IMG/VR virus record: IMGVR_UViG_3300046542_000271
Span: 1-64,000 of that record
Length of the DNA: 64,000 nucleotides
From: a virus
Direction: 5' to 3' (one strand)
Positions within the stretch are counted from its first letter, which is position 1. Each line of letters starts with the position of its first letter. The notes under the pieces are model-generated. The model saw only the letters and a program-made list of their open reading frames with translations. It did not search any database and was not told the DNA's origin. Made by a program: the position numbers and the translations under genes. Positions 47,506 through 55,964 of the stretch are shown here, one piece after another.

Positions 47506-49431
47506 ATGGCTATGACCCGCGACGAACAAGCCCTTTGGGATGGCATTGCTGACGAAGCAGTACGCTACATTGACGAACGCGCTGATGAGCGCGGTGCAAG
47601 TGAACTGCGTGTGCGTTATGCCGAGATCCTCGGCAAGAACAACTACGCTAACCGCGACTTCGAAGCGTTGATCGATTCGATGTTCGACGGCTTCCGCAAC
47701 ATCGAAGAAGAATACGCGCGTTCCAACGATCGCCTGGAAGACTTCCTTCCGAAAGCGGTACAGGACGTGGTCGATGGTCACTTCGCCAACAGTGTGCTGA
47801 GCAATCGCCGCACTGCTGACGAGCTGGACAATCGCACCTATGCCGAAATGGAAGACATGGTCAAGCTGTACAAGGACCTGTTGGGCGGTCGTAGCCGCGG
47901 CGGTGGACGTGGTGACCGTGGCGGTCGAGGTGACCGCGGTGGTCGTGACGAGCGTGGTGGTTCTGGCTATAGCCGTGGTGGCCGTCAGGAACGCAGTCGC
48001 AGCACCGAGAACCTGGGTCGTACCAGTGGCGGTGGCGGTGGTGGCTGGCGTAATCAGAAGGCCGCTCGTACCAAAGTCGCTGCTGGCGATCATTGGGCAG
48101 AAGCTGCGCGTGATGCGCGGGATACCGATGATCGTGAAGAAGCATCCCGTCAGGTGGAAGAAGTTCGTCGTCCAGCCGCCGCCAAGCCGCTGATCGCTGA
48201 CTCTCCTCTGGCACCGGTGGAATCCCGTCCAGTGTTGGAAGGTCCGGATTACACCAAGGCTCGTCCGCATGACGAGTTCCTGCAAGATGGCGAGCACTGG
48301 AAAGTTGCTTCCAAGTCGGGTTGGGCTATTCCGTTCGACTATCAAAACCCACTGGCCAGCGTACCGAAGCTGTACGATGTCCGTACCCAAATCAAATACC
48401 ACGTAAAGAATGTAGACGGCAAAGTCCGTGAGGAGCTCGTTAAAGTGAATGATGACAACCGTTACCTGGCTCATGAAGGCATGCAGCAACCTGAGCGCTA
48501 CCACTCGACTAACCGTCGGGCTACTCCGGCCGTTTCCCTGTCGGGCGCCAAACCTGCCGCTGGTGATGACGACCTGAATCAGGTTGATGTAAAACCGGTT
48601 GTCACCAATCTCCAGGAATCCCTGGGCAATCTCGATCGCAACCAGTTCGAGATCGGCGAGAACGGTGCTCCTCTGGGCGAAACCCTCAACGGTCTGGTGT
48701 TCAACACCCGCGTGAAGATGGTTGCTGGTAAGGACGCTCAGCGTCTGAACATCTGCTACCGTCACACGGCGCTGATCGCCACCTCCTGGGAGCAGGAAGC
48801 GCTGATCCAGCGTATCTACGGCTCCAACAACCTGTCGGCTGCTGCGCAATCCCTGCGTGATCTGAAGGGTGACTTCGACGTCACCATCTGGAATGAACTG
48901 AACAAGCGCTTCTCGGACCTGGTCCTGCGTGCCGTTCGCTTCCAGTTCCAGCACAACTCGGTGAAAGCCATGTCGTTCGCCAACGACTGGGAGAAACTGA
49001 TCAAGCACCTGGAAGGCACCAAAGGCGAAGGCTTTGCTTCCGACTTTGCTCAGCGCACTTCGTACATCATCCCAATGGCCTGCGCTATCGCTGGCCGTGA
49101 CGATCTGTCGGCGTTCACTGAACTGCCAGAAGGCCAAGAAGCTCCGTGCGTAGTGTTCCTGGATTCGACTGCAATCGTCGCCCTGGACTCGACTCTGGAC
49201 GCTCTGGGTCTGGGCAAGCAGCTGCTGGAAATGGAAACCGGTGCCAGCATCACGGCTCAGGCCGATGCAGCTCTGAACACCGTCGTACGCGGTCTGTACA
49301 GCAAGCTGGACGACAAAGCGCCAAGCGCTGGTGCCACTCGTGTGTACCTGAACACCAACGACGGCGCCATCCTGGAACTGATTCCGTTTGCCGCTCGTAA
49401 GGAAAACTTCATCTTGGCAGTCGTCAAGTAA
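47506..49431 (+). CDS. conserved hypothetical protein with an RGG-rich disordered segment
   Basis: GGAG SD, strong codon bias, RGG/RG repeats around aa 128-180. Confidence 0.75.
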   Translation: MAMTRDEQALWDGIADEAVRYIDERADERGASELRVRYAEILGKNNYANRDFEALIDSMFDGFRNIEEEYARSNDRLEDFLPKAVQDVVDGHFANSVLSNRRTADELDNRTYAEMEDMVKLYKDLLGGRSRGGGRGDRGGRGDRGGRDERGGSGYSRGGRQERSRSTENLGRTSGGGGGGWRNQKAARTKVAAGDHWAEAARDARDTDDREEASRQVEEVRRPAAAKPLIADSPLAPVESRPVLEGPDYTKARPHDEFLQDGEHWKVASKSGWAIPFDYQNPLASVPKLYDVRTQIKYHVKNVDGKVREELVKVNDDNRYLAHEGMQQPERYHSTNRRATPAVSLSGAKPAAGDDDLNQVDVKPVVTNLQESLGNLDRNQFEIGENGAPLGETLNGLVFNTRVKMVAGKDAQRLNICYRHTALIATSWEQEALIQRIYGSNNLSAAAQSLRDLKGDFDVTIWNELNKRFSDLVLRAVRFQFQHNSVKAMSFANDWEKLIKHLEGTKGEGFASDFAQRTSYIIPMACAIAGRDDLSAFTELPEGQEAPCVVFLDSTAIVALDSTLDALGLGKQLLEMETGASITAQADAALNTVVRGLYSKLDDKAPSAGATRVYLNTNDGAILELIPFAARKENFILAVVK

Positions 49432-49524
49432 ACCAGTGACTCGATCTTCTACCCTGCGAAGTGTCGATCGAGTCATTACTCCCATTAACCCCTAACAGCT
49501 TACACAAACGTTTGTCTAATCCAC

Positions 49525-49564
49525 AGAGGTCCCTACGGGGGCCTCGCTGGTACTTTCTTTTTTT
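49525..49564 (+). terminator. intrinsic terminator
   Basis: GAGGTCCC-TACG-GGGGCCTC followed by a T run. Confidence 0.75.
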
Positions 49565-49579
49565 GTTCAAGGAGTGGCT

Positions 49580-50224
49580 ATGAAGGAATGTCTGATCGAA
49601 CAGTTGGCTTTTCATCGCTTCGAGCAATCTGAAGTGTCCAATGAAGCCTCTGGTCACGAGTACGAGATCGAAATCTACGTTCGGCTCAAGAACCCTGATG
49701 AGGTAGCGGCAAAGGCTTCCTCTCACGAACTACAAGAGCAGTGGGGCTGCTTCATCCCCAAGACTGATAAGAATGCTGCCAGCATGTCGACTCGCGTCCG
49801 TATGACGCAGCGGATGGACGAGGAGCCTGGCTACGTGTTCTGCTCCAAGACAGACGGTGGCGAACTGGGTCGTAAGGAAGTTGAACACGACTCCTGTCGC
49901 GATCAGTTCGAACAGTTCCGCATGGCCGCTGACCAGGGCTTGAAGAAGATCCGCTACAACGTTCCTCATCACCTGGAATCCATTGCGACTGACATCGTCT
50001 ATGAAGTGGACGTGTTCCGCAATAAGAAAGGTGAGTTGGTGGAATGGACCAAGATCGATGCTGAGGTTCAACCCGGCACCGCGATCCGTCCAGAAGACAT
50101 TCCTTTCGAGTGCGAGGAGATCATCATCGTGACTCCGGAAGCGAAGAAGGAAGATGCAGAGCTGCGCGACAAGATTGGCAAGCTGTACGCCAAATACTTC
50201 CGCTCGGACAACGAGTTGATCTAA
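49580..50224 (+). CDS. CYTH-like (triphosphate tunnel) domain protein
   Basis: EYEIE, RVR, EVE, KKIRY, YEVDVF, IDAEV occur in the CYTH order. Confidence 0.65.
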   Translation: MKECLIEQLAFHRFEQSEVSNEASGHEYEIEIYVRLKNPDEVAAKASSHELQEQWGCFIPKTDKNAASMSTRVRMTQRMDEEPGYVFCSKTDGGELGRKEVEHDSCRDQFEQFRMAADQGLKKIRYNVPHHLESIATDIVYEVDVFRNKKGELVEWTKIDAEVQPGTAIRPEDIPFECEEIIIVTPEAKKEDAELRDKIGKLYAKYFRSDNELI

Positions 50225-50226
50225 AC

Positions 50227-50272
50227 GGCATAAAGACACCTACTGGGTTTGCGCCCAGTAGGTGTCTGTGCT
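50227..50272. terminator. bidirectional terminator
   Basis: GGCATAA-AGACACCTACTGGG-TTTGCG-CCCAGTAGGTGTCT between convergent genes. Confidence 0.8.
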
Positions 50273-50273
50273 G

Positions 50274-50708
50274 CTATGTCGTAGGAACTGGTGACAACAT
50301 CTTCATGATCTCAACGATCAATTTAGTGATCTCCAGTACTGCTTCCGTGTTGACTCCACTTCCCACGCCACTGGCCAGGATGAGAGCAACCACGCAGACT
50401 GTAGCACCAAAGCCCATGAATGCTGCGAAGTGTTTGCGCGTCTTGTCCGTCTTAACAGCGGCATCGGATACCGGCTGATCAGACATCAAGGATACTTGTC
50501 CTCCCACAGATGTAACCAAAACCATCTGTTGCGTCACGGCGTCTAAAGTCGACAAGGCCGACTTAATTTCCATCGCCGTTGCGGTGCGGGGGTCCAACTG
50601 AGCATCCACATTCAGGAAGCTGTTGACCAATCCAATCAACGCTTCTTCCCAAGGGAAGTCCACCGCCGGGTTCCTGCCCATCAAAATTAAAGCATCTTCG
50701 ATTTTCAT
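50274..50708 (-). CDS. putative membrane protein
   Basis: Start at MKIEDAL; transmembrane segment FAAFMGFGATVCVVALILASGVG. Confidence 0.65.
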   Translation of the reverse strand: MKIEDALILMGRNPAVDFPWEEALIGLVNSFLNVDAQLDPRTATAMEIKSALSTLDAVTQQMVLVTSVGGQVSLMSDQPVSDAAVKTDKTRKHFAAFMGFGATVCVVALILASGVGSGVNTEAVLEITKLIVEIMKMLSPVPTT

Positions 50709-50737
50709 CCAGGAGACCCCTTCTTGCGTGTGAGGCG

Positions 50738-51400
50738 TTAGTCCGCCCTCATCAGATCTATGCCGTCGGGGTATTGCGAACTGAACCACATGTGACGTGG
50801 ACCCAGATTCTCCCGCAAAGCCACGGCCCTAGCCACAGCAATGGCGTCAATCGAGTGCTCATCCAGAGTCCTCAAGTTGATACCGTCCACTGCGACAATC
50901 GTGGGATCTGCAAGGATACAGTCACGGATGTAATCTTTCTCCGTTTTAAAGTTACTCCCTTTCGGGATTACAGCGGCCTTGGCTGTATAAGGAGAAATCC
51001 CGACGAACTCTAAGCCAGGTCGATAATCATACACAGCTGTCTGGATATAATCAAGCGACATGGATAACGCTTTGTAGCTACTCACGAATGCGCGACGGGC
51101 AAATGGTGTCTCAATTGCCACAGAGTCAGGATCTTCGTCCTCGAGCACCGTCCTCATATACCGCTGAATCGTCTTGAGGCGCGCTACAAGCGTATCCTCG
51201 TAAAAATTCATGTCAGGGTACAAGTAACCTGACGTACGGTCCGCCTTGAACGTCTCAGCGCGTGTGACCAAACTGATACCCGTACGGATATCATGCTCCA
51301 AGATAACGATGCCGACAGTGTTAGTGCCGTTGTCGATACCTAGAACTCGGAACTTCCATGAATCATCAGCATCGAAATTTATGAACATACACAATGCCAC
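50738..51400 (-). CDS. ruvC: RuvC-like Holliday junction resolvase
   Basis: VLGIDNGT..VG, VAIE, AK, DEHSIDAIAVA catalytic pattern. Confidence 0.8.
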   Translation of the reverse strand: MALCMFINFDADDSWKFRVLGIDNGTNTVGIVILEHDIRTGISLVTRAETFKADRTSGYLYPDMNFYEDTLVARLKTIQRYMRTVLEDEDPDSVAIETPFARRAFVSSYKALSMSLDYIQTAVYDYRPGLEFVGISPYTAKAAVIPKGSNFKTEKDYIRDCILADPTIVAVDGINLRTLDEHSIDAIAVARAVALRENLGPRHMWFSSQYPDGIDLMRAD

Positions 51401-51430
51401 TGGGGTTTAAGCCCCAGTGGCCTCCTATGC
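51395..51430 (-). terminator. hairpin with GCATA leader
   Basis: On the minus strand: GCATAGGAG-GCCACTGGGG-CTTAAA-CCCCAGTGGC. Confidence 0.6.
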
Positions 51431-51435
51431 GCGAA

Positions 51436-52311
51436 CTACGGAATAACGTTCAGGGTAGGAATCGAAGCAGTACCCAGCAGCGGCAGTTGGTTACCCAGGT
51501 CAAAGTCCAACGTCAGCTCTTGGCTGTTGTAGTACAGTGCCTTGTGGTCCATCGAGTAGCTGTAGGCCTGACATCCGATTGCTTCCAGGAAGTTAATCGA
51601 GCCGGAAGTACTTGGGACAGAGACGGTGCGGTCAGCGGCTGTGCAGAGTGCGAACTCCGACATGATGGCGTAACGCTCATCACCGTTGTGCATGATCTTG
51701 GCGGCGTTGATGAATTCTTCGATAGCCACTTCATCGAGACGCACGCGGATCACGCAGCTAACCGACAGGCTGACGTCAGTGGTGGACACTGCGCCTTTTA
51801 CTGGCAATTCAACCGGCTCTGGGTAGAGGTCAGCAGTAGAAGGAATGAAGACCGCTTCAGTGGTCTGGCCATTCTCCACGGTGATCTTCTTCATCACCAC
51901 GGTCACGTCAGCTGGATCGATGTCCATGCGCATGCCGTAGTAGGCGTAGTAGTTCACGCCACTGACCATCATTTCCTTACGCAACGCGTACTTGTCGCGC
52001 AGCACCTTAGGCAAGTCATCGTCGATACGACGCAGTGCGAAAGGTACCGGGTTGTAGGTCGACGCGTGGTTGGCCAGGTGGTCGATCACGGAAGTCAGTG
52101 CGATACCGCCATCGCCTGCTACAGCGCGGTGGCCTTTGTTACCCACGGTCATGATGCCGAGGTAGACCTTCTCACCGTTCGTTGGACGAGCAGCGTCCTG
52201 GATACCCAGGCGTTCGTTGAAGGTGGTACGCGATGGAATGACAGGCGTGTGACCCAGGAGGAGGTGGACCAGAGTTTTGGCACCATACAGGGTGGATTGG
52301 ATAGTGTTCAC
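51436..52311 (-). CDS. conserved virion structural protein (tail/baseplate)
   Basis: T.YG...TTFNERLGI...GNKGH, PFALR...DL, YYAYY, AIMSE...G.QLPL pattern typical of a phiKZ-like core protein next to RuvC. Confidence 0.7.
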   Translation of the reverse strand: MNTIQSTLYGAKTLVHLLLGHTPVIPSRTTFNERLGIQDAARPTNGEKVYLGIMTVGNKGHRAVAGDGGIALTSVIDHLANHASTYNPVPFALRRIDDDLPKVLRDKYALRKEMMVSGVNYYAYYGMRMDIDPADVTVVMKKITVENGQTTEAVFIPSTADLYPEPVELPVKGAVSTTDVSLSVSCVIRVRLDEVAIEEFINAAKIMHNGDERYAIMSEFALCTAADRTVSVPSTSGSINFLEAIGCQAYSYSMDHKALYYNSQELTLDFDLGNQLPLLGTASIPTLNVIP

Positions 52312-52320
52312 GGATCAACC

Positions 52321-53364
52321 TCAATGTTGGAAGAGTGGCGTGACAGACGACGGGTTGAACTGCTGGTTAGTCGGTGTAGCCGGAGATGAGTACCGGTAAC
52401 CGATCCGCAGTATGCCACTCAGATTCCGACACAGGTCACCGAGTTCGATAACCAAGACGTAACTGTAACGGCTGTCGTCAGCACTGTATTCAGGAGTGAC
52501 CAGCCCGTTATAGAGGATGGTACTGTTGTAAAAATTGAAATCCGATGCAGTGTCTGGCGTGTAGTGCCAGAGGTCACCCGTCAGCGCAAACAAGACGCCT
52601 GTAAGGCGGTTGGCTACGTCGACGATCGGACCGGACTTCTGTTCATAGAGATAGGCTGCGGTCTTCTTGGCATCACCCAACGGGGTCTTGATGAACTCAG
52701 CAATGAACAGACGACCCTGAGGAAGGTACAGATCGATAGGAGGACGACCTACCGCACCATCCTTATAGAAGTCACGGAAATCCATGCGGCGAGCGATGGT
52801 GGTATTCAGCAACGCAAGCGCAGGGCGGACCAACACATGCAGATAACCGAAGAAGACCAAGTGGTCGTCAAAGGTGATCTTGAAGTTACGGTCCAGATCA
52901 GGATCGGGTGCAAACGCAGGCTCAGTGACCTTATTAAAGCCAGTGAGGTACGGTTGAGTCATGCGGGTGGTGATGTCAGACTGATCTGCATCCAACCCAC
53001 CGTAGATCTCCTGGATCTGGATGTGTCCAGGTTCTAGCATCACGCCACATTGATCGAAGATCGCCTGGAGCAACGCTGCATCATCAGCCAGGTCAGTGGC
53101 ATTGATCACCAGACGACTCAAATCCGCGTGGCGATTAGCCTCGATGCGGTAGTAAGTCATCGGGCGTTGTTCGTCAGACCAACCCAGGTCAGTGCGGAAC
53201 ATCAACTTGACTTCAGTCTTGCCTTCACTGTCGAGAGCTTCAGGATCACTGAAGACCAACTGATCGGCAGCCAACTGGGTTCCGTTGAACGTGTTGATCA
53301 TCTCAACCAGCAATTGCTTGCTGGACTTATTGAAACGATTCAGAGGGGAAGCGCAGTTACTCAT
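52321..53364 (-). CDS. virion structural protein (tail family)
   Basis: EMINTFNGT, YYRI, YNG, YVLVIEL...G.L.I.Y; internal PYLTGF peptide. Confidence 0.7.
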   Translation of the reverse strand: MSNCASPLNRFNKSSKQLLVEMINTFNGTQLAADQLVFSDPEALDSEGKTEVKLMFRTDLGWSDEQRPMTYYRIEANRHADLSRLVINATDLADDAALLQAIFDQCGVMLEPGHIQIQEIYGGLDADQSDITTRMTQPYLTGFNKVTEPAFAPDPDLDRNFKITFDDHLVFFGYLHVLVRPALALLNTTIARRMDFRDFYKDGAVGRPPIDLYLPQGRLFIAEFIKTPLGDAKKTAAYLYEQKSGPIVDVANRLTGVLFALTGDLWHYTPDTASDFNFYNSTILYNGLVTPEYSADDSRYSYVLVIELGDLCRNLSGILRIGYRYSSPATPTNQQFNPSSVTPLFQH

Positions 53365-53380
53365 CAATCTGATCTCTGAA

Positions 53381-53845
53381 TTACGACAGTTCAACCTGGA
53401 ACGAGCCTGTCCAGAACAACGAGAGCGGAGCTGCCTGGATCGTCGACACTCGCTCAAGCAAGTTATCTTCGACCACGTCGTCGGCAGTCAAATAGAAGCT
53501 ATCGTTGGATCGCAGGGTGCTCAGGATAACTGACGAGTTAGTTGGGGCCACTACCTTGAGTTTGGTGGCTGTGAACCACTCACTCATCTGAAGGCGCTTG
53601 TATCGCACCGTGAGGGAGCCCGTATGGACACGGGCTACTGATTCACTGGTGGAGTCAAACGTTTCAATCAGGGCAACGGCATTCACACCATCGCTTTCGA
53701 TGACCGTAGCTTTTGCAAACTCCGGTCGTAGACGCAAGTTAAAGGCGTCATTCACCATGATCAAGAAACCCTCCACCGGAGGGTACTTGACATAGCGTTC
53801 GATGCGATGGAAGGGCACTTCACTGATAGTGTCCATCTTGTTCAT
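53381..53845 (-). CDS. virion structural protein (short family member)
   Basis: GSLTVRYKRL, SLFWTGS. Confidence 0.68.
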   Translation of the reverse strand: MNKMDTISEVPFHRIERYVKYPPVEGFLIMVNDAFNLRLRPEFAKATVIESDGVNAVALIETFDSTSESVARVHTGSLTVRYKRLQMSEWFTATKLKVVAPTNSSVILSTLRSNDSFYLTADDVVEDNLLERVSTIQAAPLSLFWTGSFQVELS

Positions 53846-53859
53846 CGGTCATCGTCCTG

Positions 53860-54965
53860 TTACGGTTCAGGAGTGGGTGGAGGAGGATAGCTCAGACCGT
53901 TAGGCGTCTTAACGAAGATGACGTCCTTCAAGTCTACGCCGCCTGGTGGTTTGCCTTCAAAGCCGTCGAGTCTAGGCAGGACAACTTCAGAAAGCTTCTT
54001 CTTCAGGTGAACGGTTTCAAAACCATCCAGCTTAGGTTTCCAGAGCGCCTCAGTCAGACGGTGCTTGGTTTTACCTTCGAAGCCATCAAGCGTTTCAACC
54101 TCTTCAGACAGCAACTTCAACTTATCGCTGTCGTAGCCATCCAACGCCGGTGTCTCGATCAATTCAGGCAGCAGGTAGCGCTTGTCTGATTCGAACCCAT
54201 CCAGGGCTGGAGTATCAACTACTTCAGGTAGGAGTTTCAGTTTGTCACTGTCGTAGCCATTGAGTGCGCGATCAACGATCTCCTCAGAGAGCAGGTGACG
54301 CTTATCGGACTCGTAGCCGTCCAAGGTCCGTACATCAATGACCTCAGGTAACAGTTTCAACTTGTCGCTGTCAAACCCGTCTTGCTGAGTGACCGGGAGG
54401 TCATTCTCGAGCAGCTTCTTCTTGTCAGACTCGAAGCCTTCCTGAGCGGTGGTGTGTAAAGTCTGCGACAGTCTGCGGGTGAGGTTAGACGTCCACCCGT
54501 CAAGCTGGGTGATCTCCAGTACCTGCGAGAGTGGCCTGCGCTTGTCAGATTCAAATCCGTGTTGCGATCCCTGAAATGCTTCAGAGATAAGCTTGCGCTT
54601 ATCGCTATCGAAACCATCCTGTTTCGGCAGATGGAACTCATCCGACAGCGGTCGGTGCTTTTCGGAGGTGAATCCGTCCAGATAAGGTTCAGGTGTCCAT
54701 TCGCCGATTGGCAGTTTCTTAATGGACTCAAAGCCCATAATGAACGGCGTGCGAGTGAACTCACCGATAGGCATCTTCTTAACGGATGTGAATCCATCAA
54801 GGTAAGGCTTACTGGTGCAGGTCCTGATATCCGGCGCTGGGAATGGAGGAACAAATCCATCCAGCTTAGGCGCGAGCAACTCCAGCGGCATCTTGCAACC
54901 GAACTTCAGGACGAAACCGTCCAAGACGTTGTCGAAGACTTCAGTCGCCAAGTCAATCTGGTTCG
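53860..54965 (-). repeat. coding tandem repeat, unit of about 60 nt (20 aa)
   Basis: For example KLLPEVVDTPALDGFESDKR / YLLPELIETPALDGYDSDKL. Confidence 0.85.
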
Positions 54966-55941
54966 ACTCATCCCAGATAACCAGTTCGACGTAGATGTCG
55001 CCGACGGTGGTCAAGGAGTTCGGCGTGGTAGTCAGGCGGTAAATGCCTTTCTCCACCAGAGTACTTGGGAGTGTTGCCCAGTTGGAGATGTCGCTTTCGA
55101 CCAAGCCCGTATCGAACTTGAAGTTGATGGCATCCAGTACCTTAGCCCTGGTCACCACACCACCTGTTGCTACCCTGACCGCATGGCGGTAGGTTGGGGT
55201 GTAGGATTTGCGCTGATACGTGAAGTCCATCGACCCGGTGAAATCACCGCCGACGCCTGTCAGTGTAATCTTGGTGTTCAGGCCGTTGTCATCCGGAGAG
55301 ATAACGGTAGGCCCAGAGGTAATGCGGAAATCCTCCGGCCGAAGCTGGTAGGGTTCTTCGTACGACGAGTTGTGGTTCTCTATCGCTTTCAACAAGACCT
55401 TTAAGAAGTCGTCTGAGCGGAAACCCGTCGAGAATGGAATAAAGATCGCTGTGTTCGAGAAGAACTCTTTGAGGAGGTAAGCTTCACGAATCAGTTGTAA
55501 CGCAACCGACCCCACCCAACGAGGTGAGGTTTCCGGGGCAGAGATGACGTAGCTACCGGCGGTTTCAGTCGTGAACAATGTCACGTCGTCCGCACTGACC
55601 GGTATATCGTGCTTCGCTAACAATCGACTGAGGATGTCGACCGAGCTCACGGACCCCTTGAACTTCACCGTCTTGTCCACCCCCGTTAGAAACTCGGTCA
55701 GGTTAAGACGTTTGAACTGGAAGGTTAGAGGGTCCTTGAACTTGGCACTGATTGCAGGTGGCGCGTAGAAGCTGCTGAACGTCATTTCCGCCAGAGCATC
55801 TTTGGAAGTCGGTACACCCTTTGGGCGAATGTTCTCAATGACGAGCCATTCTTTATTTACCCAGGATGGCAGATTATCCAGAAGGATCTGCTTAACCGCT
55901 TCCAAAGAGTCCATCTTGAGAAGGGATTCTGGCGTACTCAT
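53860..55941 (-). CDS. virion structural protein with two family domains and 17-18 LDGF repeats
   Basis: FKRLNL / YQRK domains followed by ~20-aa repeats L....L[DN]G[FY].SDK; ATG 55941 has a GAGG SD. Confidence 0.75.
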   Translation of the reverse strand: MSTPESLLKMDSLEAVKQILLDNLPSWVNKEWLVIENIRPKGVPTSKDALAEMTFSSFYAPPAISAKFKDPLTFQFKRLNLTEFLTGVDKTVKFKGSVSSVDILSRLLAKHDIPVSADDVTLFTTETAGSYVISAPETSPRWVGSVALQLIREAYLLKEFFSNTAIFIPFSTGFRSDDFLKVLLKAIENHNSSYEEPYQLRPEDFRITSGPTVISPDDNGLNTKITLTGVGGDFTGSMDFTYQRKSYTPTYRHAVRVATGGVVTRAKVLDAINFKFDTGLVESDISNWATLPSTLVEKGIYRLTTTPNSLTTVGDIYVELVIWDESNQIDLATEVFDNVLDGFVLKFGCKMPLELLAPKLDGFVPPFPAPDIRTCTSKPYLDGFTSVKKMPIGEFTRTPFIMGFESIKKLPIGEWTPEPYLDGFTSEKHRPLSDEFHLPKQDGFDSDKRKLISEAFQGSQHGFESDKRRPLSQVLEITQLDGWTSNLTRRLSQTLHTTAQEGFESDKKKLLENDLPVTQQDGFDSDKLKLLPEVIDVRTLDGYESDKRHLLSEEIVDRALNGYDSDKLKLLPEVVDTPALDGFESDKRYLLPELIETPALDGYDSDKLKLLSEEVETLDGFEGKTKHRLTEALWKPKLDGFETVHLKKKLSEVVLPRLDGFEGKPPGGVDLKDVIFVKTPNGLSYPPPPTPEP

Positions 55942-55964
55942 TATTCGCCTCAAGTAAAAGACTG

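Noticed and set aside
47194-49485. 763-aa antisense ORF
   Set aside because: Shadow of the codon-biased 47506-49431 gene
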